Assembly: GCA_007376395.1 (NCBI GenBank) | Contig: VMGE01000001.1 | Location: 25,635-89,634, forward strand | Length of the DNA: 64,000 nucleotides | Direction: 5' to 3' | Source: Microgenomates group bacterium Gr01-1014_5 | GTDB taxonomy: Bacteria > Patescibacteriota > Microgenomatia > UBA8517 > UBA10165 | Shown here: piece by piece, positions 43,110-53,053 of the stretch | Numbering within the stretch: the stretch's first letter is position 1 | How the letters are laid out: the number at the start of each line of letters is the position of its first letter | The notes under the pieces: generated by a model | Told to the model about the DNA's origin: nothing | Seen by the model: the letters and a program-made list of their open reading frames with translations, nothing else | Databases searched by the model: none | Translations under genes and position numbers: made by a program

Positions 43110-43857
43110 TGGCGGTGCTATTTGATAAGACACGAGCATCTTTTTCTTCTAGAATCTTTTTTATCTCTAGATATTTGCAAACACGTTGTTCACCAAAAAC
43201 TTCCGCTGAGTAACTAAAATGCACCACTTTTAACACGTCTTGTTCATCGTTGTCTGATCTTCTTTTCTCATTTACCACTACGCGGATATAGGCTGCTCCA
43301 TGTAAAATTTCATTCGAGTCTGTCGTTCTTCGACCTCCACGCGTTGAAAAGCGTTGTGTTTTTTCTTCGAGGTTCCGATATCCTTCGGGAGCACTTTTTA
43401 TTTGTGGGTTTCTTACGTTGGCACGCGTTACTTGTAACGCGCCGTCACCATTGAAATCTGCTTTTACATCTCGTGAGACTAAGCTTTCTTGAATATGGAT
43501 AATCCAAAGGAGTGACCATGGTATTTGATATTTTTCCCAACCTGCCCAGTACATGTCAAAGTATATATCTAAATCTTCTTGTATTTCTTTTCCGGAAAGA
43601 TTATGGAACGCATCTTCTGCAAAAAGCGGCACGAGTTGATCAATCTTCCCCCTCACCTTTTCCCGTTCTTTGAGGTTCCCTTCAGGATCTAAGACAAAAC
43701 GGGACAATTCTTCTTCTGTTGTATGTAAAAACATATCAGGAGGTTGATAGGGGTCAATCTCCAACTGTATGTTTGGTAATTTTGTAAATCCAACGGCCAT
43801 TGCCTGCAGGAGATTTCTTCGTGATAATGATAAACTTAATACTTCTTTGTTCCACAT
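43048..43857 (-). CDS. hypothetical exported protein (Tat-like RR signal SRRNLLQAMAV; ..IHIQESLVS.. transglycosylase-like motif)
   Basis: N-terminal twin-arginine-like motif with hydrophobic stretch. Confidence 0.35.
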   Translation of the reverse strand: MWNKEVLSLSLSRRNLLQAMAVGFTKLPNIQLEIDPYQPPDMFLHTTEEELSRFVLDPEGNLKEREKVRGKIDQLVPLFAEDAFHNLSGKEIQEDLDIYFDMYWAGWEKYQIPWSLLWIIHIQESLVSRDVKADFNGDGALQVTRANVRNPQIKSAPEGYRNLEEKTQRFSTRGGRRTTDSNEILHGAAYIRVVVNEKRRSDNDEQDVLKVVHFSYSAEVFGEQRVCKYLEIKKILEEKDARVLSNSTAIIYSINQLSRDRLDVPISID

Positions 43858-44007
43858 AAAATAATGCCTTGTATCGCAAGTTATATAGGAGTATCTAAAA
43901 AGAAGACTCAGTAAAAACTTACTCTGTAGCCGTTTTTTCGCTTTGTATCTATATTATATAAAATTCCGGAACCTATTACAATACGCTCCATCGTCTTTAA
44001 ATGCTTC

Positions 44008-45573
44008 TTAAGGCAAAAGTCCTAATTTGGTAAGGCGCGATCTGATGGCTCCGCTTTTTCTACCAAAAGTTTTTGCAAGACCGGTAACTGATGATCCTTT
44101 TGCAAAGAATTTCCGTAACTTTTCATCCTGCGTTTTGTCCCACGGCAGGTAGGCATTCGGGGGTTCTTCTCTGATTTTATCAAAGCCCGTTCCGCCACTG
44201 CTTTTTCCTGGATTGATTTTTCCTCCACACTCACGAATAAACCGATCATGTACAGCTTTTGTATTACTCTCTGCCATACTGCCGAACTCTAGCGCCGCCT
44301 GTCCTGACTGCGTGTGAAACTCTACGTCTTTCGCTACTATTTCCGGGTGCACCTGAAACGCACGTTCGTTCCAACCCAACATATATAATCCTGAAAACCG
44401 CCTCACACGAGAGAGAGCAACATAACCCTGGCCAAATTCAAATACATGAGAGAGATCCATTACCGCAGAATCTAAATTCATCCCCTGACTCTTATGCACG
44501 GTGATTGCCCAAGCGAGTCGTAGTGGTAACTGCGAAATCAGTGCACGGACTTTGCCATTTTCTTCTAACGTCCATTCCATAGGCTTAACTTCAATCAGAC
44601 GCACGTTTCTTATTTTTATAATCGGGTAGGAATTTGTTTTATTAAATCCTTCAACTACCCCAAGCGTACCATTTACAAATCCTTCTTTCGGATTATTCTT
44701 CGTGAACATCACTGCGGCGCCGATTTTAAGATAAAGCGCTTCTGGAGAGAGGCAACCTTTTTTAAGCATAGCCACAAGAGCGTCGGGTCCTTGTGAAGAC
44801 ATAGTAAACACCTTTGATTCACCCGGAAGTTTAGCTAATACTGCATCATTGATGCGATCAACATTAGTATTATGCGAAAAGAGTTTCGGAACGGTATCTG
44901 GGACGGCATCGTATTCAATTTTTCTGGTTTTAATATGATTCAAATGATTCGCGTTAAAGGTGCCTTGCCGTATCGCCGAGAGCACAGCAAGAAGATCGTT
45001 ATCGTCCTGCCGGTGCTGTTCGGTTAGATAACAAACAATTGGATTTGCCTCTGTCCACGCAGGTGAATCAAAAGCAAAACGAGCCAACGGTGTTTCAATA
45101 AGTGCCGTTTGTGCGTTTTCCTCTGTTTCTCTTTTTACAACCGGAGGCAGTTGGAAAAAATCTCCTGCGAAGATTACTTGCATACCGCCAAACGACTCTG
45201 AATTCTGTTTTATTTTGCGACAAACTGTGTCAACCATAAACAGTGTGTCGCTAGTAAGCATGGACACTTCTTCTATAATAAGGACTTTAGCGTCAAGTAC
45301 GCGTTTGGTAACGTATTTGTTAGAAACAATCCTATTCAAATCACGTTTATCCAGTTTGGTTTTAATCCCTATGCCGCTCCATGAATGAATTGTCATCCCT
45401 CCGATGTGAGTTGCTGCAATGCCTGTCGAAGCCGTGATAGCAGGTTCAATGCCCCGACTCCTCAAGTAGGTCACGTACTGGTTAATCGTATGTGTTTTAC
45501 CAGACCCAGGTTCACCGGTTAAAAAAACATTGGCGCCGGTCTTTAATGTGGATAGTGCTTGAGATTGAATCAT
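44008..45573 (-). CDS. Pif1/RecD-family SF1 helicase with C-terminal HTH
   Basis: Walker A FLTGEPGSGKTHTI, ..VLIIEEVSM.., FAGDFFQLPPV, ..VHKSQGM...; C-terminal GLAKTFGRKSGAIRSRL. Confidence 0.75.
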   Translation of the reverse strand: MIQSQALSTLKTGANVFLTGEPGSGKTHTINQYVTYLRSRGIEPAITASTGIAATHIGGMTIHSWSGIGIKTKLDKRDLNRIVSNKYVTKRVLDAKVLIIEEVSMLTSDTLFMVDTVCRKIKQNSESFGGMQVIFAGDFFQLPPVVKRETEENAQTALIETPLARFAFDSPAWTEANPIVCYLTEQHRQDDNDLLAVLSAIRQGTFNANHLNHIKTRKIEYDAVPDTVPKLFSHNTNVDRINDAVLAKLPGESKVFTMSSQGPDALVAMLKKGCLSPEALYLKIGAAVMFTKNNPKEGFVNGTLGVVEGFNKTNSYPIIKIRNVRLIEVKPMEWTLEENGKVRALISQLPLRLAWAITVHKSQGMNLDSAVMDLSHVFEFGQGYVALSRVRRFSGLYMLGWNERAFQVHPEIVAKDVEFHTQSGQAALEFGSMAESNTKAVHDRFIRECGGKINPGKSSGGTGFDKIREEPPNAYLPWDKTQDEKLRKFFAKGSSVTGLAKTFGRKSGAIRSRLTKLGLLP

Positions 45574-45656
45574 GTTTACTTTGCAAACTTGCTCTGAGCT
45601 ATTTTACACCAAACGCTAATTTGCAACCTTTAAAGCTTTGTATTAAAATTCTCGAT

Positions 45657-46040
45657 ATGACTGAGATTAAAACAGATGTTATGTCTGACAGGGAGAAATT
45701 TGATCAGGGTATGAGAGGTGTGTTCCGAACCACTTTGATAGACGGACAACTGGTAGAAAGATTAAGCAGAGCTTGCGCCTCTGTTGGGTCAAAATTTGAG
45801 ATTATATTAAAACCTGGAGATAATTGTTTCGGAACAGACGGAAAATGTTTATACAACAAAGGCGTAACTGGTAGATTTGATATCGAAGATTATAGAAAGA
45901 GAAAAGTAATCACTGAACTTAAAGGCCCAAAAGTTGCGCAAATGGGAATTGACGTGTATTGGGTAAGATATCAGATAGGCGAAACCGGTTACTTTGCTTT
46001 CTGTAGTGCATTTGACAAAACCGCATACGAAACAATATAA
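45657..46040 (+). CDS. hypothetical protein
   Basis: Track ORF 45492-46040 overlaps the helicase start; ATG 45657 (MTEIKTD...) is more plausible. Confidence 0.3.
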   Translation: MTEIKTDVMSDREKFDQGMRGVFRTTLIDGQLVERLSRACASVGSKFEIILKPGDNCFGTDGKCLYNKGVTGRFDIEDYRKRKVITELKGPKVAQMGIDVYWVRYQIGETGYFAFCSAFDKTAYETI

Positions 46041-46068
46041 TCGCCTTTTAGAGAATTTAAATACGCTC

Positions 46069-46407
46069 ATGATTCCAAATAACGAAATAGGCAGACAAGA
46101 CTATGATGAAGCAAGAAGAAAAGCTGTTGCACTTAAAACTTTATGTAGAGAGCTTGGTGCTGGAAATCAAAAACCTTTACAATATACCGATAGAGATGCG
46201 GAAACAGCGCTAAATAATTTACAAAGACTGATAAGAGACGGATTCGTTACAACATATAGAGACGTAGCGTTCGTTGTGAAAAACACCTCTCCTTTCATGG
46301 GCACTGATTATCCAGACGTAGATTTAGCAGCAGCAAGGGTACAGGAGGTAATCAGTCTAAATCAAAGATCCTCGCTTTTTGAACTCAGACCCCCGAGAGC
46401 TGAGTAA
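46069..46407 (+). CDS. hypothetical protein
   Basis: Probable start MIPNNEIG within track ORF 45994-46407. Confidence 0.3.
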   Translation: MIPNNEIGRQDYDEARRKAVALKTLCRELGAGNQKPLQYTDRDAETALNNLQRLIRDGFVTTYRDVAFVVKNTSPFMGTDYPDVDLAAARVQEVISLNQRSSLFELRPPRAE

Positions 46408-46988
46408 AGTTGGATAAATCTATTTTTTCCCGCTATTAGAGCCATTTTTCTTGCAGTAGCCATAGGCATAAACTTAACAGGTGTGTTTTGTAAATCCCGC
46501 ATACGGCTAGATACTAAAAAATCAATAAGGGCAGAAGGACCGGACAGTCTTAATATAGTTGCATATTGTTGTCTATGTATTTCTAAATTTGCCTGACCTA
46601 TTAAGACATAGTCTGGAGTTTTTTTGAGGTTTGTGTGACTATAATCAGTACCTCCGTATAATTCTAGAAAAACTTTATCTGTGATATAAGATTCTCCTCT
46701 AATGACCTGTTCTGCTTCCAGAATTACGATTGCAGGCCACATAAATGACGCTATGAGAGTTTTTGTTTTTAAATCTAGCAAATCTCTATCAGATTTACTG
46801 CTTCTGCTTCTAGCTGAGTTGTTTCGAGCCATTTCCATGGCTTCGTCGATAATTGCCTGAGCCGCACTTCCCGCCGGGCTCCTTCCCTCGTTCCGTAAAC
46901 GAGTAATTTTTGCAGAATCCTCAGAACTAATAACATTTGGGTATATTATTTCCGGCACTCTATTCCAAAAACTTATTTCTCTGCCCAT
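46362..46988 (-). CDS. hypothetical protein
   Basis: 208-aa ORF; no motif recognised. Confidence 0.3.
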   Translation of the reverse strand: MGREISFWNRVPEIIYPNVISSEDSAKITRLRNEGRSPAGSAAQAIIDEAMEMARNNSARSRSSKSDRDLLDLKTKTLIASFMWPAIVILEAEQVIRGESYITDKVFLELYGGTDYSHTNLKKTPDYVLIGQANLEIHRQQYATILRLSGPSALIDFLVSSRMRDLQNTPVKFMPMATARKMALIAGKNRFIQLYSALGGLSSKSEDL

Positions 46989-47112
46989 GCGGAAGAGATT
47001 ATAACAGAACCCAAGAAAACCATCCCCCTATGGTGGATAGATGAATTGGATTCTGATATGTTATTCTCCTTTAGAGGAGAAACCCCGCTCTTTTAGAGCG
47101 GGGAGAATGTCA

Positions 47113-48456
47113 TTACTTTTTTGTAACTGTATATGTTGTCGGGTGGTAGAGGAAAATGATTGGAGAATCTTCGACCAAAAAGCGTTGAAAATCAATATAG
47201 ATTTGCTTCCGGGACTCCTGGTCAAGAGTTCTGCGCCCGTCCTCTAAAAGCTTATCTATCCTTTGACTTTCTTTTGAATTCCTGTAATTTGTTATATTGC
47301 TGGAACTTTGGGTAGAGTGCCAAAAACTATACTGATCCGGATCTGGCGGGGTCTCCTGGATTGCCAGCATTGTTTGAAAATCGCCTGGAGGGCTATTTGA
47401 GACTTGAACCTGAGTTTTTATACCAACAGCTTCCCAATTAACTTTAATTTTATCAGCTACAGAAAGCAGTGTCGGGGTAGTTACAAGCTTTATTGTCAAA
47501 CTTTCCCGTTGGTCTTTTGACAACGTTTGCAGTAGTTCGCGAGATCTGGCTGGGTTATAGGCATATTGCTTTACTTGAGGATTATATGCCCAAGAGTTAG
47601 GGGAAATTGGGCCAATTGCACGTTTTTTCCCGAACGCATCTTTGTCGATAGCATAAGTTAACGCCTGACGTAAACTTTTGTCGGACAGAACTAAATCTTG
47701 ATTGTTAATAAAGACTGCAACATATAAATCAGACCGGGAATGTTCGGTCAGGTCTACCGTTTTCCAATCCTTAATTTCTCGGGTCTCAACAATATCCCTT
47801 AACTGCCCTACTTCACCTAACTTAAACGCTGTTCTGGCGGTTTCTTCGGTCGGATAAAATCTATAGGTTTTAACCTGTAAAGTTTGGGTGTTAATTAACT
47901 TTAAAGATTCGACGAATCTTCCTCCCGAGGCAAGCGTAATTTTAGAAACTTTCCATTTCCCTGTTCCTAAAAACCCTTTTTTAAAAACCGGTTTTATCAT
48001 AACCGAAGGGAAAGGAGAGAAAGGATCCTTTAATTTAAACTTAACGGTTTTCTCGTCGATTATTTCGCTTGTTACGTCGGAGAATGAATAATTAATATCT
48101 TTTGCGACAACTTGAGTTCCATCTTGCCACTTATGATCCCCTAGTCTAAAAATCCAAACCTTACCTTCTTCCAGCGTTTCCCAACTTTCTGCTAGAGCCG
48201 GGGCAACTTCATTCTTATCGGTTAGCCGGGTTAAACCCGAACTTACCTCGACTAGTATCGAAAGAGGAAGCTCGCCTGGAGAATATCTGCCGACGTAGCC
48301 AACTGAATCCCCGCGCGTAAAAGGAAGAAATAAGCCTGTAATTTTTGGAACAACTGTAAAGAAAAGTACGCCAACAATAATTCCGCCTAAAAAAATAAAT
48401 TTGAACTTTGTTAAGAAAGCGTGCAAAAAGCGTACCCAGTAGCGAATTTTACGCAT
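47113..48456 (-). CDS. ABC-transporter substrate-binding protein, family 5 (OppA/DppA-like), membrane-anchored; no permease genes nearby
   Basis: N-terminal TM anchor; LTRLTDKNEVAPALAESWETLEEGKVWIFRLGDHKWQDGTQVVAKD typical of SBP_bac_5. Confidence 0.65.
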   Translation of the reverse strand: MRKIRYWVRFLHAFLTKFKFIFLGGIIVGVLFFTVVPKITGLFLPFTRGDSVGYVGRYSPGELPLSILVEVSSGLTRLTDKNEVAPALAESWETLEEGKVWIFRLGDHKWQDGTQVVAKDINYSFSDVTSEIIDEKTVKFKLKDPFSPFPSVMIKPVFKKGFLGTGKWKVSKITLASGGRFVESLKLINTQTLQVKTYRFYPTEETARTAFKLGEVGQLRDIVETREIKDWKTVDLTEHSRSDLYVAVFINNQDLVLSDKSLRQALTYAIDKDAFGKKRAIGPISPNSWAYNPQVKQYAYNPARSRELLQTLSKDQRESLTIKLVTTPTLLSVADKIKVNWEAVGIKTQVQVSNSPPGDFQTMLAIQETPPDPDQYSFWHSTQSSSNITNYRNSKESQRIDKLLEDGRRTLDQESRKQIYIDFQRFLVEDSPIIFLYHPTTYTVTKK

Positions 48457-48458
48457 AA

Positions 48459-48671
48459 TTAAAGTACTAAGGAAGCAAGTGAAACAGCAACAAACAGAAA
48501 GGTGACTAAAATCGTCCCTCTGAACAGAATCTTCTCAACCCCACGGCGCGTTCCGTATAACTCCCCTTCTCCTCCCCAGGCAGAACCAAGCCCGGCGCCT
48601 CGTCCTTGTAAAACAATTAAAACTATCAAAATCAAGGCTAGGATTGTTTGGACAATTGAAAACAAATTCAT
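48459..48671 (-). CDS. secG: preprotein translocase subunit SecG
   Basis: Two TM helices flanking LQGRGAGLGSAWGGEGELYGTRRGVEKILFRGT (SecG G-rich loop). Confidence 0.7.
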   Translation of the reverse strand: MNLFSIVQTILALILIVLIVLQGRGAGLGSAWGGEGELYGTRRGVEKILFRGTILVTFLFVAVSLASLVL

Positions 48672-48734
48672 ACTTTAGAGTATATACCAGTAAGCCTTAG
48701 CCTCACAAGTTCACCCCGATTATATTGGGGTTTA

Positions 48735-49136
48735 CTAATGCAAAAGCCAAAAAAGAAGAGATACTGTAAATGAAACTAATATAGCGATTAAAATATATGC
48801 TCCCAACACAGATAAGGTTAACGAAGGAATAATAAAATACTCTGTTACGAGACCGGGATAGGCAAATGCCTTGATGACAAACCCTTGAACAAGCAGTGTT
48901 GTTAGGTACAAAGCGGCGACACTGGAAACCCAGCGAAAGACGCCTAAGGTAACCAAATTAAAAGGAAGTAGAAGAAGATTAATCAGAGGCTTGATTAGAC
49001 CGTCGACCAAGGTTAGAGCTAAAGAGGCGGAGAGGAGAATTTTAGGGTCATTGGCAAACTCAATCCCGCCAACATTGGTAGCTATAAACCAAATAACTGC
49101 CGTGTGAACTATAAATGAGCGAAGTAGACCTTTCAT
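48735..49136 (-). CDS. DUF360/phage-holin-4-like 4TM membrane protein
   Basis: Four TM segments; LINLLLLPFNLVTLGVF...ALYLTTLLVQGF pattern. Confidence 0.45.
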   Translation of the reverse strand: MKGLLRSFIVHTAVIWFIATNVGGIEFANDPKILLSASLALTLVDGLIKPLINLLLLPFNLVTLGVFRWVSSVAALYLTTLLVQGFVIKAFAYPGLVTEYFIIPSLTLSVLGAYILIAILVSFTVSLLFWLLH

Positions 49137-49250
49137 TAAAATATTGGGTAACTACTAATATGTAACAAGTTATTTCGATCAAAGTCAAGGTGATGCATAT
49201 TGATATAGTTATTGCGCTGTGAATGAAATTCTGATACTATACGAATACAC

Positions 49251-49760
49251 ATGGCACAACTTCGAGAAACAACCAGTTTTTCAGGAACATATTTAAAAGA
49301 AATCGCCTCGCGCGCTGATGAATATCTTCATGCCTATCCAGACGCTACCCGCGATGAATTAGTAGAGACTATTAGCTTAGAAGAAAGTGAACGTCCGCTC
49401 GTTGATGTAGCCTTAGATGCATTAAATCAAATAAGTGTTTTAGAAGTTAAGGGTGACGAAATTGGAAACAGAGTAAGAGCATTTGTAGTACAGACAATGA
49501 CTCCACCGGGTAGTACTGTATACGAAACAACTTGGACAGGAGAAAAACCAGAAAGTCTAACGAGAGAAACAGAATCACCCAGACATCCTGAAGTGTCAAA
49601 ACCCGCAGAAGTGCAATACCCTTTTAGACCAGCAGGTCAAAAGCCAACAGATAGGCAAATACGTCTCAGGGAGAATCCTTTATTGATCGCAAACGAAGAA
49701 GTGAAAAGGATCGTTTTAAAAATATCCGACGATAGCTCGCGAATTAATGGAGAAAACTAA
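49251..49760 (+). CDS. hypothetical protein
   Basis: 169-aa acidic ORF. Confidence 0.35.
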   Translation: MAQLRETTSFSGTYLKEIASRADEYLHAYPDATRDELVETISLEESERPLVDVALDALNQISVLEVKGDEIGNRVRAFVVQTMTPPGSTVYETTWTGEKPESLTRETESPRHPEVSKPAEVQYPFRPAGQKPTDRQIRLRENPLLIANEEVKRIVLKISDDSSRINGEN

Positions 49761-49816
49761 CAGTTCAAGTCGACAAGTTGTATCTATGCATGTTTCTCGA
49801 TAAATTGAGTGATATT

Positions 49817-51157
49817 TTAACTACTTGACTTAAAACTTTGCAGTCTTAGTTTAAAATGCAAACGACGGGCAAACCTGTGCGCTTCATCCCGTATCCTTTG
49901 TAAAAGAGATAGCGCAAGGTTACCGACAGGAAGTCTAAGGACGACAAAGCTAACGTCTAACTTTACCTTTACACCTGAGAGGTGTAGCCTTGGAATTATG
50001 ATCTCTTCTAACCTTTTGGCTAATCCGACCACTGGGATTCGCACACTATATTCTTTCAACACTAAACGAGCTGCTCCAACCTGTCCTTTTCCTCCATCAA
50101 TAATAATTAAGTCAGGTCTCCCCCAATCTGTAAAGTGCTTAACTCTGCGAATCAAGGTTTCTTTAAGCATGGCGTAATCGTCGCGAGAATTTTTTGACTT
50201 AATTTTGAAATGACGATAAAAAGTTTTTTCCGGTTCACCGTTTACAAAAGTCACCATAGAGGAGGTTGCGTTTTTACCGGACAAGTGGGAAACATCATAG
50301 CACTCAATTCTTGAAGGACACTTCAAGTATTTAAAGTGCGGTTTTAATAATTTATACAAAGATTTTGCCTCGTTTTCTCTTATATCTTCTAATAGATTAG
50401 GATTTTCTAAATACTCTCTTGGACTTTTATATGGAGTAGTTATGTATTCTAAATTCTTTATCTGGTCGCGGATTTTGGAGGCTAATTCGAAATCTTCTTG
50501 TTTTGCTGCATTGACCATTTCCTTTTGCAATGACTTGTACAGCATCTTAGATTTCCCAGATAATAAATCCTTTATTCTTTTGATATTTTTTCTATATTCT
50601 AGTTTCATTTGAATTTTATCAATTGGATTTTGCGTATTTGCGATATAAGACGGGCAAGGATTACAAAGACCTAAGTGCGCATACAAACAAGGCCTTTTGC
50701 CAATTTTATTTTGTGAATGATACGGAAAGATGCGCCTTACGCGTCTAAGGACTGATTTTACGGCAGTAGACGAAGGAAATGGTCCAAAATATAATGCCTG
50801 CTTATCGTCCTCCTTTCTGCTCGTGATTACTTTGGGGTAATCCTCGCCGGTTATCTTAATATAGAGGGGGTGTTTATCATCTTTGGCTGTACTATTGTAA
50901 TGGGGCAGGTTTTGTTTGATTAAGTCGGCTTCAAGCAATAATGCCTCGAGCTCTGACGCAACCGGAATAGCTTCAATGGTCTGAGCTGAATTTATTAACG
51001 CGCGCGTCTTTTCGTAGTCGCTTGCCAAGTGTTGTTTGACGCGGTCGCGCACACTAATACTTTTTCCGACATAAAGCACTTTTCCCTCATAATCACGGAA
51101 AATATAGACGCCTGGAGCAGTAATTAGGCTTGATGCTTGTTGTTGAAGACTCTTCAC
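49817..51157 (-). CDS. uvrC: excinuclease ABC subunit C, short form lacking the C-terminal (HhH)2 domain
   Basis: GIY-YIG (GVYIFRDYEGKVLYVGKS...R..QH), Cys-rich LGLCNPCP, UVR motif, endonuclease region IECYDVSHLSGK...FYRHFKIK. Confidence 0.8.
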   Translation of the reverse strand: MKSLQQQASSLITAPGVYIFRDYEGKVLYVGKSISVRDRVKQHLASDYEKTRALINSAQTIEAIPVASELEALLLEADLIKQNLPHYNSTAKDDKHPLYIKITGEDYPKVITSRKEDDKQALYFGPFPSSTAVKSVLRRVRRIFPYHSQNKIGKRPCLYAHLGLCNPCPSYIANTQNPIDKIQMKLEYRKNIKRIKDLLSGKSKMLYKSLQKEMVNAAKQEDFELASKIRDQIKNLEYITTPYKSPREYLENPNLLEDIRENEAKSLYKLLKPHFKYLKCPSRIECYDVSHLSGKNATSSMVTFVNGEPEKTFYRHFKIKSKNSRDDYAMLKETLIRRVKHFTDWGRPDLIIIDGGKGQVGAARLVLKEYSVRIPVVGLAKRLEEIIIPRLHLSGVKVKLDVSFVVLRLPVGNLALSLLQRIRDEAHRFARRLHFKLRLQSFKSSS

Positions 51158-51163
51158 TCAAGG

Positions 51164-53044
51164 CTAATTATATAACGACCGGGCTTTTCCAACAAGTTGT
51201 TTAGCCTTTTTGTAGGCACGTGGAGAAAAAACGGCAGCAATTAAAAGAAGTACTAAAGTTAAAAAGAGGACGATTCTGCTAACGATAATATGTTCCCCTT
51301 CAAGTGAATATGAATCGCTAAAATCACCGATATTAGCAACAAGTTCGCTGTCTGTTCCGAATGGGAATAACGGAGAACGAGCGCTAGCTTGAAGAGTGGT
51401 TGAAGAGTAAGGAGCTAAAAACTCAACATTTGTAGAGGTTGATAATTTACCACCTTTAAGAACTAAAGGACGGTTATAGAGAGCGCTTTGACCCAAATTT
51501 TTTATTTGTATTGAATAGGAATTGGAAATAAAAGGCAGATCAAAAGAAAATGGAAGGAAAAATGTTTCTGCCGGGCTAATTTTTATCTCAATTTGTTCGT
51601 TTCTCTGGATTGGCATAACACCGAATTTGGCTGTTATATCTTTTTGCGGCATACCTTTCTCTTTATATGCTCCGGCGGGAAGTGGATAAACAGAGCTAGC
51701 GCCATGTATGGCGAACGTAACGTGCGAAAGGTCAAACTTGTCGAAAAAATCTATTCCTCCGGTTGTATTTTCCCAAGTTGGGTCGACCGGCTGCCAAACC
51801 GCGTTTTTCTCATCCCAATATTCGGGCCAAGCATGTAAAACGTCTGCGACAAGGGAAAGTGGCTGTAACTCGGGGTTTTCAGTATGCGCGTATCCATTTA
51901 TTTCCCGGGCTGGAATCCCAGCCGCTCTGGAAAGAGCGATAAACAAATCCGTAAATTCCATACAAATTGCGCGGTCGGGATTTTCCAAGGCTTTGACTGC
52001 TCCAAAACGTTCAACATCTTCCTTAACCCTGCTGTAGTCATAATCAAGTTTGTTTACTACGAAGTCATAAATTTGCCGGGGAGTTTTAAGAGTTTTGGCA
52101 AGTAACTGAATTTGCGGATCGTTGACCTGCCATTTATCTGTAGCAGAAAGGTAATAGTTCACAGAATTTGGCAATACCTTGAGATAGTCACTTTGAGGTT
52201 GAGAAAATACCTGAACCGAAACTTGAGCAACTATTTCTTTACTTACTTGAGGTTTTAATTTATATTTAGCCATCCAATTTCCATCTTTGTCCAAACGTAC
52301 CGAGAGCGGCGTTGGTTGTAAGTTTTCGTAATAAACTTTTTGATACGCTGTGTCGGGAATAAGGGCAATTTCTGTCTCAACCTCTTTATTTGATGCATTT
52401 GGCAAGTGGTAATTAAGAGTAAAATTAAAAACCTGAAAATCTCCAAAAATAGCCACCACGCCAGCTTTAGTTAAATCGTCTTTTTTAAACGAAAAAACTT
52501 GCAAACTTCCATCATCGTTTTTATTTCTAGGTTTGGGTGAAATATATGCCGGAGCGCCAAAGATACTAGGGACCTTGACCGTTAAATTGTATTCGTTTAT
52601 TAGTTCCGGCGTGGCAAGTTTGGGAATGCCAGCATCCCAAACTTTACCGTTTCTAGTCGCTATTTGGGAATTATTGTAGTGTACTGAAAAAACGCGGGTT
52701 TTCCCTTTACCGACCAGTGCTTCAGGGAAGGAAATTGTAATCTCATATTTCCCTTCTATTTCTTTCAGTTCTGTCTGGATTTGTTTTCCACCAGATTCAG
52801 TGCGCAGATTATCTGGTTTTTTACCTTCAATTTTTAAAGTATATGAACTTGCGTAAATTTTAGAGAAATTATTAGTAAGACTTATTCTTTGCTCAACTTC
52901 CGCCGCTCCTTCTTTGTCGACTGTGTAGGTTGTGTCATAAATAACATTAAACTCTTCCTGGGCGAGAGAACTAGAATTAAGAATGAAGAATAATGAGTAA
53001 AATACAAAAAGAAACGAGGTAAATCTGAGACAGGCAATACGCAC
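51164..53044 (-). CDS. transglutaminase-like cysteine-protease-fold membrane protein
   Basis: Core RAICMEFTDLFIALSRAAGIPAREINGY (Cys) with downstream His/Asp; N- and C-terminal TM helices. Confidence 0.65.
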   Translation of the reverse strand: MRIACLRFTSFLFVFYSLFFILNSSSLAQEEFNVIYDTTYTVDKEGAAEVEQRISLTNNFSKIYASSYTLKIEGKKPDNLRTESGGKQIQTELKEIEGKYEITISFPEALVGKGKTRVFSVHYNNSQIATRNGKVWDAGIPKLATPELINEYNLTVKVPSIFGAPAYISPKPRNKNDDGSLQVFSFKKDDLTKAGVVAIFGDFQVFNFTLNYHLPNASNKEVETEIALIPDTAYQKVYYENLQPTPLSVRLDKDGNWMAKYKLKPQVSKEIVAQVSVQVFSQPQSDYLKVLPNSVNYYLSATDKWQVNDPQIQLLAKTLKTPRQIYDFVVNKLDYDYSRVKEDVERFGAVKALENPDRAICMEFTDLFIALSRAAGIPAREINGYAHTENPELQPLSLVADVLHAWPEYWDEKNAVWQPVDPTWENTTGGIDFFDKFDLSHVTFAIHGASSVYPLPAGAYKEKGMPQKDITAKFGVMPIQRNEQIEIKISPAETFFLPFSFDLPFISNSYSIQIKNLGQSALYNRPLVLKGGKLSTSTNVEFLAPYSSTTLQASARSPLFPFGTDSELVANIGDFSDSYSLEGEHIIVSRIVLFLTLVLLLIAAVFSPRAYKKAKQLVGKARSLYN

Positions 53045-53053
53045 AAACTAATT

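Noticed and set aside
51593-52105. + strand ORFs of 73-109 aa
   Set aside because: Antisense to the transglutaminase-like gene. Likewise 53075-55430 (+) within uvrA and 57418-58767 (+) within uvrB are artefacts of long antisense open frames.
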